This document shows, in pieces, positions 52,105 to 64,000 of a DNA stretch of 64,000 nucleotides. Each line of letters opens with the position of its first letter. Position 1 is the stretch's first letter. A model generated the notes under the pieces. That model worked only from the letters and a program-made list of their open reading frames with translations, was not told the DNA's origin and made no database searches. Source of the DNA: Octopus vulgaris (Eukaryota); the NCBI GenBank assembly GCA_951406725.2, contig OX597833.1, positions 54,808,001-54,872,000 of the forward strand, given 5' to 3'. The position numbers and the translations under genes are program-made.

Positions 52105-52478
52105 CATGACTGTGGCCATGCTGGAGCACCGCCTTAAGTCGAGCAAATCGACCCTAGGACTTATTCTTTGTAAGCCTAGTGCTTATTCTATTGGTCCCTT
52201 TTGCCGAACCGCTAAGTTACGGGGATGTAAACACACCAGCATCGGTTGTCAAGTGATGTTGGGGGAACAGACACAGACACACAAGCATACACACAAACAC
52301 ACACACATATATATGCATATATACGACAGGCTTTCTTACAGTTTCCGTCTACCACAAGGCTTTGGTCGGCCCGAGGCTATAGTAGAAGACACTAGCCCAA
52401 GGTGCCAAGCAGTGGGACTGAACCCGGAACCATGTGGTTGGTAAGCAAGCTACTTACCACACACTCACTTCTGCGCCT
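52105..52478 (-). mobile_element. SINE family A
   Basis: Reverse complement match; another copy at 61150-61530 on plus. Confidence 0.8.
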
Positions 52479-53555
52479 ACTTGATTTTTTTAAAAGGGCA
52501 CAAGTAATATTTTCTAGCTAACTATTGGAATTGATTGGGTTTGGTGTATTTATCCAAATGCATATTGAAATGGGTCAGGATATGTGAACAGCAGATTTTC
52601 AACTTTGGTAATTCAGTGCCACAGCAACTTGGTTGTATCACTTTGGCATGAACTGGTATTGATCAGTCTTTTCTGTTTCATTGATCCGTTTTATTACACC
52701 TGGATAAAACACACTTTTGATTTCCATGTGACACGCCTTTCTAGAGCATTATCCTGTGGAAGATGTTTACCATTTTCAATCATTTTAAAACCCCCCGAGA
52801 GATAAGCATGGGTCCTGTATTTCAAACTTAATTCTTGAATCGATTTTTTTAAACATTTTATTTTTGTTTCCTTATTAATTGTATTTTATAAAATATTTTG
52901 CTTTAATTGACATTTTTGTTGACAAAGGTTAAAGGAAACCACAACAAAACATGGTAACATTGTTTAATTAATGTGAAATTTTAATTAAAAATATCAAAGC
53001 AACTGCCATTCTGTTTATCCATTAAGTAACTGTATCATGCAAAATTACATAATACAAAACTTCATTATATATGTATGTATATATATATATGTATATATAT
53101 CATCATCATCATCATGTGACCGACCAGACCATCAGATGTTGTTACACATCGCTGGTCACAATGCGTTCGCATTTTTTTAGCCTTCGAATGACGCCACCCC
53201 GCTGGCTAAGCGAGCAGGCCAACAGTAGAAAGAGTGGGAGAAAGAGTGGTAAAAGAGTACAGCAGGGATCACCACCCCCTGCCGGAGTGTCGTGGAGCTT
53301 TTAGGTGTTTTCGCTCAATAAACACTCACAACGCCCGGTCTGGGAATCGAAACCGCGATCCTACGACTGCGAGTCTGCTGCCCTAACCACTGGGCCATTG
53401 CGCATCCACATGTATATATATGTATGTATATATGTATGTATGTATGTAATGATGATGATGATGATGATTCCAATAAATACTGTTGAGTTATCTTTTTTAT
53501 ATTTTCCTAAATTTTAAAACTTGCAGCGGTAATTTTAGAGGTGTGTGTGTATATA

Positions 53556-54793
53556 CAGGGGTTGGACAAAATAATGGAAACACCTTAAAATTTCAAGCAA
53601 ATTTATTTTAATATGGGGTAGGACCACCTTTGGCAGTAATTACAGCTTGAATTCTATGAGGTATGGACTTGTACAAAGTTTGAATTGTTTCCAAAGTTTG
53701 AATTGTTTCCAAACAGTCTCCAGTTCTTGTAGTGATGATGTTGGAGGATATCGACTCCTTACTTGTTTTTCTAAAATGCACCATAAATCTTCAATAATAC
53801 TGAAATCTTGGGACTGTGGTGGCCAGATAAGATGTTCAATTTCACTAGAATGTTCTTTGTGCCATTCAGTAACAACTTTAGCTGTGTGAATTGGTGCATT
53901 ATCATCCTGAAAGATTTTGTTTCCCTCCAGAAACAGTTCCGCAACCATAGGATGAAGTCAATCTGATAAAATGCTTAGATAGTCTTGAGTATTAATTCTG
54001 CCATGAAGGGAAACCATTGGGCTGGTGGATTTCCAAGATATAGCCCCCCCCCACCAGATCATCACAGATCTTTCACCATATTTAACAGATGCAAGAAGGC
54101 AGTCTGGGTCAAATACTTCTCTTAGCCGTCTCCACACTTATATTCGGCCGGTGGTCAGAAATAAGGTAAAGGATGACTCATCTGAGAAAATAGCATTCTT
54201 CCACTGCTCTAGGGACCAATTCTGTAGGCTTTGCAACGTTTGTTTTTGAAAGTAGTGGTTTTCTGATTGCAGCCCTCCCATGAAATCAGCTTTGTGCAGC
54301 TCCCAGCAAACAGATTTTGTGGAAACTGGGTTCTCGAGGTGGTCATTAAGCACTGCAGTAATTTTGGGAGCTGTACTTTTGTGATCCTTTCTAACAATTC
54401 ATCTAAGAGTCCAATGGTCCCTTTCTGAAAGTTTTGGTTTTCTTATGGAGTTTTGTTTTGAGGAAGAGGTTTTTCCCTCTTTCTCAAAGGCTGTCATTGT
54501 TTTCGAGACAATACTTCTTGATACACCAAATATTTCAGCTGTTTTCGCTACACTAGTACCTGCCATATGAGCACCAACAATTTGATCTCTTTGAAAGTCC
54601 GATAGATCTGTCATTTTAATGAATTTTAATTACCTTTTACTGATGATATCTGAAAAGAAACAGCAATTTTAGCAAAATATATTAAGCAACACTAATAATA
54701 AATCAAAACATAAAAATAGACAAGCTTTTGATGGTTTTATAGATATTTCAAAATTATGATGCTAGGTGTTCCCATTATTTTATCCAACTCCTC
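53556..54793 (-). mobile_element. Full-length but defective Tc1-family DNA transposon
   Basis: TIRs caggggttggacaaaataatggaaacacct / aggtgttcccattattttatccaactcctc with TA flanks; broken transposase 54614-53640 with MTDLSDFQR HTH, IFSDES, FQDDNAPIH, WPPQSQDFSIIEDLW. Confidence 0.93.
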
Positions 54794-57187
54794 TATATAT
54801 ATATAAAGAATGAGAGAGACAGAGAAAGAGAGAGATAATGATGCAAATAAATAAACTGCTTGATACATACATGTATACATGTAAATAATGAGAAAGCAAA
54901 GACTGAATATTCATGTATAAATATATAGATATTTATGTATTGTACAGAGTGCAAAGACACATAAAATTAAGGAGAGAAGGTATGATGTTACAAGTCCGAC
55001 AGCTGTTTCTGGAGGCTTGTAATTATTTCATAATATTGGTAGCTGTGGTTCACAAAAACATGCAACCAGTAGTGGAAGCATTTAAACATTGGGTAGCATA
55101 TAAACATTCAGCCTCTGTCTTCAGGGTGGAGAGATAAATACCTTTGTTAGAAAATTCATTTCACAGCAACTTGGTTCTTTTCACCTTCAGTGCCATTTGT
55201 GTGGAACCTTAAGCTCTTTGTTTTGTTATTTTTTTTCTATTGCTTTGAGTTGACCCAAAGTTAAATTTGATGAACAGAAATTTTGAGGAACCCTTTCAGA
55301 TGTGCATATAAGTCTTTGTGTATATATATATATACACGCTGGAGTTGAACTAGGGACAGCTGATGAAGGGGATTTTTCCTTGTGTAGTTTGTCTAGTACT
55401 CTGTTTTTTCTTTGTAAAAAAAAGGTTTGTTCCATGCTTATTTTTACGTTTTCGTTCTCGTTGAGTTCTGCATCTATTTGTGGTGTCCTGTACTCACATA
55501 TATATACATGTAGATGTAGGTACGTACATGTATGTATGCATATATTTTATTTATTACACTATTATATATATATATAGATAGATAGGGAGAGTTTACAAAA
55601 TAAAACAAAAGATGAAGACAGGTGGTGTACAAAACAAACAGATGTATTAGTATAACCCTCAGGAATAGAAAAAGTCTCTTACGTTTTGAGCCTACGCTCT
55701 TCTACAGAAAGGGACACAATGAAGCCAAGTGCAATCATTGTTGTGGCCAATGCTGGTTGCACATAAAAAGCAGCTTTCAAGTGTTGGGCCTCATGGAGGC
55801 AAAGTGGCCAATGCCTGTGGCACGAAAATGCCACCTTTCAAGTGTTGGGCCTCAAGGAAGCAATGACAAATGACCAAAACCTTTGGCACTATGTCGCGCT
55901 TGAGAAGAAGACCCATCAAGCCAAGTGGAATCGTAGTCATGGCAGATACTGGTGTTACGCAAATGGCACCCATGCCAGCGGCATGTAAAAACATCCATTA
56001 CACTCTTGGAGTGGTTGGCGTTAGGAAGGAGCATCCAGCTGTAGGTACCATGCCAAATCAGACTAGAGTCTGGTACAGCCTTCCAGCTTGCCAGCTCTAG
56101 TCAAACTGTCTAACCCATGCCAGCATGGACAACGGATGTTTAATGTTGATGATGATGTTGAGGAGATAAGGTGGCGAGCTGGCAGAAACGTTAGCACACC
56201 GGGCGAAATGCTTAGCGGTATTGCGTCTGTCGTTGCGTTCTGAGTTCAAATTCCGCCGAGGTCGACTTTGCCTTTCATCCTTTCGGGGTCGATAAATTAA
56301 GTACCAGTTACGCACTGGGGTCGATGTAATCGACTTAACCCGTTTGTCTGTCCTTGTTTGTCCCCTCTCTGTTTAGCCCCTTGTGGGCAATAAAGAAACA
56401 GATGATGTTGAGGAGAAAGAAAGGCATCCAGCCATAGAAGCCATGCCAAAGTAAACAGCAGAGCTAGTTGCAGTCCTCTGGCTTACCAGCTCCTGTTAAA
56501 TTGTCCAACTCTTGTCTGCATGGAAGACGAGACATTAAGTAGAGGTGATGATGATGATGAATGTATTATAATTATTATACAAACCATGAATAGAGTAGAG
56601 TCACAATATTTAGTGGCTTTAAATGGCTATATGCTATCTCTCTCTCTCTGGTCTGGCAATGATGGGTGCATGGTCTTTGAAGAGATCTTAGATTGGGCTA
56701 ATCTCACTTTTTCTGTCCACAGAGATTTTGAAAAAAAACTGGATATTTGTTTAGTGTCATCTGAACATATTCCTTCAGACATCACAGGATTCACTAAAAA
56801 CTTATACTGCTTCTTGTTGTGTTCTTTAATGTACATTTCTGTGTGGGTGTGTGTGTGGGTTTGTTTGTGTTTATTTACATTGGAACAAGCATCAGAATCT
56901 CGTTACATTTTCCATCAAATCAGTGAATGACATACGCTACAAAATCATTTTTACTTAGCAAAGGAGGCCAATTAGTAATCAAAGAATTTAATTTAAGTTG
57001 CAATTTATTTCAATCAGGGCATCTTTAGAATCTATTAGAAAGGCATTGAGGGAGAAAAAAAAAAAGCAAAAAAAACCACAGAATCTGTAAAACCGCAAAA
57101 TATATGAACACGAATGCTTTTGAATGACAGTAAACTGAGTAGAAGAATAAGAAAGTTATTTAATTTTATATGTGAACGGTCGATGGA

Positions 57188-57680
57188 TCAACGAGAAATT
57201 TGATGCTGTTTGTTGCTTGAAAGCTTCTTGGTATTGGGTGTTCGACTTAGTGATGCCGATAGCAAAACATTATCCAGGTGGGCATCAGTCAATTTTGTTC
57301 TCAAATGGTTCTTAGTGCACTTCACTTTTGAAAATAATTGCTCACACAGATAAGTGCTGCCAAACAAGGATGCTGTTGTCGTTTTGCTTTCCATTTTGTG
57401 GTTTTTGTTTATTTTTCGTTTTCGCGTTTTATTTTCATGGATAACTAAGTTAGGATACTTCCCCACTTGGATGACTATATTTTCCATACAAGTCAAGCAC
57501 TGTCACATCTTCAGAATAAAATTTATATCTTGAGATGTCATCGTGCTGCATCTCGATCAATTCTAGTTGATAATTTTCTGATGCAGTGTCCACTTACACA
57601 TCAAATGGAGTAGCGAGCACCTCGAACTCATTTGCATGAAAAGTGAAAATCAGCAAAACAAGATGAAAACTATTTTGCAT
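57188..57680 (-). mobile_element. hAT (Charlie/GTF2IRD2-like) transposase C-terminal remnant
   Basis: SLFGSTYLCEQLFSKVK..KNHLRTKLTDAHL hAT dimerisation motif; frameshifted upstream. Confidence 0.85.
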
Positions 57681-57814
57681 CGTTGTTCATAGTGTCTACT
57701 GTGCTATGCTTGTATGAGTTGGACAGAATTTATTTAGGCAGATCTTCTATGGCTGGATGCCTTTTCTGTTGCCAACCATATCCTGTTTACAAGTGAGGTA
57801 ATATTGACCTCGGC

Positions 57815-58438
57815 TAAGGTGGTGAGCTGGCAGAATCGTTAGCACGCCGGGTGAAATGCTTAACGGTATTTCGTCTGTCGTTACGTTCTGAGTTCAAATT
57901 CCGCCGAGGTCGACTTTGCCTTTCATCCTTTCGAGGTCGATTAAATAAGTACCAGTTACACACAGGGGTCAATATAATCGACTTAATCTGTATGTCTGCC
58001 CTTGTTTGTCCCCTCTGTGTTTATCCCCTTGTGGGCAGTAAAGAAATAGGCATTTCATCTGCCATTACGTTCTGAGTTCAAATTCCGCCGAGGTCAACTT
58101 TGCCTTTCATCTTTTTGGGGTCGATAAATTAAGTACCAGTTACGCACTGGGGTCAATGTAATCAACTTAATCCATTTGTCTGTCTTTGTTTGTCCCCTCT
58201 ATGTTTAGCTCCTTGTGGGCAATAAAAGAAATAAGAAACGTTAGCATGCCGGGCGAAATGCTTTGCAGTATTTCATCTGTCTTTACGTGCTGAGTTCAAA
58301 TTCCGCCAAGGTCGACTTTGCCTTTCGTCCTTTCGGGGTCAGTAAATTAAGTACCAGTTGCATACTGGAGTCAATCAAATCGACTGCCCCCCCCCAAAAA
58401 AAAAAAATTCAGGCCTTGTGCTTAGAGTAGAAAAGAAT
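57815..58438 (+). mobile_element. SINE family B trimer
   Basis: Head plus three body units. Confidence 0.85.
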
Positions 58439-58730
58439 AGTTAGCCATACTTCGGGATCCAGCCAAAAAGTGTAATGTTGGTTGATTCTGCTAAGACCCT
58501 ATGGAGAAGGTTGCTGAAGACTCTATCCCCATGACCCTGGAATAGTGGGAAGAGAAAACAGGTGGATGGACGGATCCACTGCTTTTCTTGAAAAAGAAAA
58601 AAAACTCATGTAAAAGAATAAATTGGTCTCTAGTTTTTCTGAAATGAGCTTTGAAATTGCTTATCTTCATCTTTCCTTGCATGCTTAATATCAACTTATT
58701 AAAATATCCATAGTGGTGGGTCTTGTTTAA

Positions 58731-58951
58731 CCCTTTAGTGTTCAGATTATTCTGTCAAATGTGATGTTTGTTTGTTTATATTGTTTTGAATTAATCATGC
58801 ATTATCTTGTAGTTTAGAGATTTCAGTGATGTGATTTTTTTAGTTTTAGAATGACATGGTAGGGCTGAGGTGAGAGGCAAGCTCTGGTCAGTTTCAATAT
58901 AAAACAGGTTAAATATTCTGGCCGGATATGGCCGGTTTGAATGCTAAAGGG
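58731..58951. mobile_element. piggyBac-like MITE
   Basis: ttaa|ccctttagtgttc ... gaatgctaaaggg|ttaa. Confidence 0.85.
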
Positions 58952-61900
58952 TTAAGGTTGCTTGATATTTTCTACCTTTCCCATCGCAATCTCTAGGTAA
59001 ATGAGACAAAACTTTTCTCATTTGTCTAGAGTGTGCTTGAACAAGTAATCCAGTGTCCAAGTATATTGAGAATTTTGGTGCTCACTGTCAACCGTCTTGC
59101 GTTCTGCATTCATCATTGCCATGGGAATTTCTTCCTTGTACTTCGAAGCTCAAGTTATTCAATAAGTATTGTAGTACATTTAAATATATTGTTCATCTGA
59201 TATCTCATTATTGCAAGACATATCAGGTTGATGTATATCTATCAGTGTGTGAGTAGTCCTTTTGGCATGCCTTTTAACCGGTATAATTGAGGCTGTAGCA
59301 GTTGTAGAAAAGAAGTGATTAACCTTGAATATTCCTTGTTCATATCCATTGTTTAAGCATGAAAGTTGACAAAATAGATACTTTACAATAATAAACTATG
59401 TATCTTTCTTTTAAGTAGACATTTAGCATTGGATTTCTTGTTTAAAACACAATGAGACTGTGTTACTGTTTGTAAATTTGATTGATCGCATCTGCAAAAT
59501 GTGCACGGGGGAATAATGTGATCCAAAAATTCAGGATTTTGATATATTAGTATTTGAATTACCACAAAACAACACTTGGGCCAGTGTAACAAAATCCCAT
59601 TCATGATCCATCAATGTGGATATGTGGAACACTTAGAATAAGAATAGGAAAAAAACTGTTTCGTACTCCAATAAACAATAATCCCATTATTTGCTCACAG
59701 ATCGGTCAAAAATCTCTGTGTGGACCAGATGAAGTATTTGGACTGAAGGTTGCCTGTGCTTACTCTATAAACAATTCTGTTTCTCAAAACCAGCCAGTGT
59801 TCATTCTTGTGTATTTGCTTTGTGATTCTGTCATCGCTACTTGGGTAAACACGGTGAAGTTTATGATGTTTCACCGATGAAGTTGTAATAAGATCCCAAC
59901 ATGTCGGAAGTTATCTCCGTATTTGCTGGAATTAAAATATAAGTCATTGAATAATATTTTTTACTCATTACTGCATAATTTCAATTTTTTGATGTTTCCT
60001 CATTAAATAATATTTACACTAATTTAACTTTAAATTATATAATTTTTTATAATTATTTAATTTATTACAAGGGTGGTGATCTGGCAGAATTGTTACTGCA
60101 TTTCTTGCAGTTCTTTACATTCTGAGTTCAAATGCTGCTGAGGTCAACTTTGCCTTTCGTCCTTCTAAAGCCAATAAAATATGTACCAGTTGAACACTGG
60201 GGCCGATGTAATTCACTTACCCTTCTCTTAAAATTGTTGGTCTTGTGTTAAAATTATGAAGAAAAAAATTTATTTTGCTTCTCTGTTTAAATACTACTAA
60301 TATTGAATTTAGATTTTCATGGCTGAGTTCCTTTCGAGCATTGGGGCTGATGGAAGCAAAATGAGTTCCTTTTGAGTGTTGGGCCTCATGGAGGCAATGA
60401 CCAAGACCTTTGGCACTATGTCGTGCTTGAGAAGAAAACCCATCAAGCTGAGCAAAATCGCAGTCGTAGTAGATACTGGTGTCACGCAAATGGCACCTGT
60501 GCTGGTGGCACATAAAAGCATCCATTAAACTCTTGGAGTGGTTGGCATGAAGGGCATCCAGCTGTAGAAAACCATGCAAAATCAGACTTGAGCCTGGTTT
60601 CCAGCATGCTAGCCCAGTCAAACCGTCCAACCCATACCAGCATGGACAACGGACATTAAATGATGATGATGATGACGATGATTCTTCTGGAGATCAATGA
60701 ATTAAGTACCATTCATTAAAATTTTTGCAACAGCTGGCAGTTAAGAAAACAGAGAAAGAAGTAAAATAGGAGAAATTATTTATTTCTTTTGTCATGGCCA
60801 GGTAGATAAAAGAAAATCTTCAATTCCTTCTTAACCTCAAAGATAAAATAAGGGAAAGTATTCATCAGTTTTTGAAATAATTTCTATTTTTTTTTGCACA
60901 CACACACACACACACACACAAACTAAACAAAAAAACATTTATTTCCTTTCTGCCCACATGAAGTAGTTGACTGATTTCTTGTATTTTACATTTTTCTTGT
61001 TAATTCTTTGGTTTTTTTTTCAACTTATTTCAGTCATTGGACTGTGGCCATGCTGGGGCACCACCTTGAAGGGTTTAGTGGCACAAATTGACCCCAGTAC
61101 TTATTTTTAAGTCTAATACTTATTTTGATGGTTTTGTTTTTACTGAACACAGGAGTGGCCGTGTGGTAAGAAGCTTGTTTTCTGACTACATGGTTCCAGG
61201 TTCAGTCCCACTGTGTGGCATTTTAGGCAAGTGTCTTCTACTGTAGCCTCGGACTGACTGAAGCCTTGTGGGTGGATTTGGTAGATGGAAACTGAAAGAA
61301 GCCCATCGTGCATATATATATATATATATACACACACGATGTGTGTCTGTGTTTGTCCCACTACCATCGTTTGACCACCGATGTTGGTGTGTTTATATCC
61401 CCGTAACTTAGCAGTTCAGCAAAAAAGGCCAATAGGATAAGTACTAGGCTTACAAAGAACAAGTCCTGTTTGACTAAAGGCAGTACTCCAGCATGGTCGC
61501 AATCAAAGGACTGAAAAAAAGTAAAAGAAAAGAATAACGGAGACATAAACAAACCAGCTTTCATGGTGCTGTGCAGTGGATCTGAACCCAAGACCACATG
61601 TTTGGGAAGCGAGCTTCTTAGCCACACAGCCACAAATAAAATACACTTGTAGTTTACCTAAGTAGAACAAATTATAAGAAAACAAAATTGAGCAATTTTT
61701 TTTTTATTACATGACAAGAAAAATATAATTTCTGTTGTTTTGGCACATAGCAAAATACAAAAATTCCACTGGGTATTCTCCATGAATTGCAGTTTAAACG
61801 GGCTTCATAGAAAACTAAATATTTTGCTTGGCTTACAGAAACAGTGTTATTTAGTCCCTAGTTACCCCCAACAATACCCGCCCTGTCTTCTTTTTCTCTC

Positions 61901-62647
61901 TCTCTGTTCTGTGAATAGTGATATCTAGGACTATGTATTACCCATATGTCCTTCCTTTTTTTTCTTTCTAAAGAAAGTAAAATAAAATATAATGGAGAAT
62001 TTGGCTGTTATTTCTAGTAAATACAAGTGACCCTGTACAAGCACCCTTATTAAATCGTATGAATCAGTTGTTGAGGTTAATTTGCCATTCATCCCTCTGA
62101 GGTTGATAAAATAAAGTATCAGTAAAATACCAACGTTGATGTTGACCTGATCCCTATTCCCGTGAAATTCCTGGCCTTGTGCTCAAACAATTATTTCATG
62201 GGTGACTCGCAATTTTCTATTTGTTATTGGGATTAGTGGCTCAACTAGATTTACCTTTTATACACGTATAAACATGTACACGCAAAACACATACATGCAT
62301 ATTCTTTTCTACTCTATGCACAAGGTCTGAAATCTTGGGGGAAGCGGCCAGTCGATTAGATCGACCCAAGTACGCAACTGGTACTCAATTTATTGACCCT
62401 GAAAAGATGAAAGGCAAAGCTGACCGTGGTGAAATTTGAACTCAGAACGTATAGATAAACGAAATACCTCTAAGTATTTCGCCGAGCGTGAAATGTGAGC
62501 CTTGACTAAACAATTCCGCCCCACCCCCAAAAATGCATCTAAAAATTTATAATTGAAGAAAACGTGTTCCCAGGTTCTTCAATCAACTAAATTTACCTTT
62601 TATATACGTATGAACACGTACACACTCACACTCACGCACATTAAAAA

Positions 62648-62681
<34 letters not shown>

Positions 62682-63139
62682 TTTTTTTTTTTAAAGCTTA
62701 TTGGCTGGAACTCCTGATTATAGTAGCATATAAAATTCTTGCTTTTGTCCCCAGAAAATTGGATGATGAAATATGTAAAAGTGTTACTGTTTGGTTGTCA
62801 TGTAAAAACCGTGACGGAAATTAACACCCCCAATTTTGTGCATGCCAGTGGTCATATGTGAGTTCGTGCATGTGGAGAGACAAATATGACATGGATTTCT
62901 TAAATCACACAGCTTTAGTTAAGTGCGTAATCCATGTTGCGTAATTAAGCAGGATGTATATGGAAAATTGCATGTATAAAGTTGGTTGTGTGAGTCACAT
63001 TTCCAAAACTACGTGGCTTGTTTTGTTAGGATCACTAAGGAAGAAATTTGAAAGATTTCTTTGGAAAACACATTAACGTTTGTATAGGCTTCTGAGAAAA
63101 GCTGTTTTGCTTGAGCAGCTACAGACAGCAGGTAGATAG

Positions 63140-63742
63140 GGCGGCGAACTGGCAGAATTGTTAGCACCCCAGGCGAAATGCTTAGCAGTATTTCGTCTGC
63201 CGTTACGTTCTGAGTTCAAATTCCGCCGAGGTCGACTTTGCCTTTCATCCTTTCGGGGGTCGATTAAATAAGTACCAGTTATGCACTGGGGTCGATGTAA
63301 TCAACTTAATCCGTTTGTCTGTCCTTGTTTGTCCTCTCTGTGTTTAGCCCCTTGTGGGCAGTAAAGAAATAGGTATTTCATCTGCCGTTACGTTCTGAGT
63401 TCAAATTCCGCCGAGGTCGACTTAGCCTTTCATCCTTTCGGGGTTGATTAAATAAGTACCAGTTATGCACTGGGGTCGATATAATCAACTTAATCCGTTT
63501 GTCTGTCCTTGTTTGTCCTCTCTGTGTTTAGCCCCTTGTGGGTAGTAAAGAAATAGGTATTTCGTCTGCCGTTACGTTCTGAGTTCAAATTCCGCCAAGG
63601 TCGACTTAGCCTTTCATCCTTTTGGGGGTCGATTAAATAAGTACCAGTTATGCACTGGGGTTGATGTAATCAACTTAATCTGTTTGTCTGTCCTTGTTTG
63701 TCCTCTCTTGTGTTTAGCCCCTTGTGGGCAGTAAAGAAAGAG
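63140..63742 (+). mobile_element. SINE family B trimer (about 185-bp units)
   Basis: One head then two head-less repeats joined at gtaaagaaatag|gtatttc. Confidence 0.88.
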
Positions 63743-63779
63743 GCAGATACTACTCAGTTCAACCCACCATCATTTTAAC

Positions 63780-64000
63780 TTATTATCCCTGCCTTAGTGA
63801 AAGCGGAGGTATTGTTTTCAGTCATATTTGTTCGTTTGTTTGTTCCCTGGACAAGATATCTCAAGAACCGCTGGATAGATTCGGATGAAACTTTCAGGGA
63901 TGTTTGGCCTTGTAACTGGCACGATCTGATTAGATTTTGGGATTGATCTGGTACCAGACGAGATTCTAAATTATTCTTCCTGTTTTTTTTACTTAAGTTT
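63780..64000 (+). mobile_element. Helentron/DINE-1-like non-autonomous element, probably running off the window
   Basis: ttattatccctgcc...gcggaggtat subterminal hairpin, gtttgtttgt tract, gatgaaactttcaggg motif. Confidence 0.5.

Noticed and set aside
57188-57496. GTF2IRD2/EPM2AIP1-like host gene
   Set aside because: Only a frameshifted hAT transposase tail

Overview
AT-rich, repeat-saturated eukaryotic DNA. The SINE families and dense (TA)n/(CA)n/(ATC)n microsatellites suggest a coleoid cephalopod, probably Octopus (inference from recalled repeat families, not a search). I recognise no intact host protein-coding gene; almost every ORF in the track is a microsatellite or SINE artefact. Supported content: at least four SINE families in dozens of copies, decayed Penelope-like (PLE) and RTE retroelements, a defective Tc1 transposon, a hAT transposase remnant, piggyBac-, Merlin-, hAT- and pogo-type MITEs, non-autonomous Helitrons, a TSD-flanked truncated U6 retrocopy, and a CpG-rich promoter-like zone near 21-22 kb. 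The most interesting signal is a set of type I hammerhead ribozymes. Two sit at the apex of long covarying RNA rods in one non-coding element family (19.0-19.5 kb, 33.7-34.0 kb), with a ribozyme-less palindromic relative at 48.6-49.3 kb. A second family shares a non-canonical CUGUNGA core. Coordinates were read by eye and may be off by a few bases.
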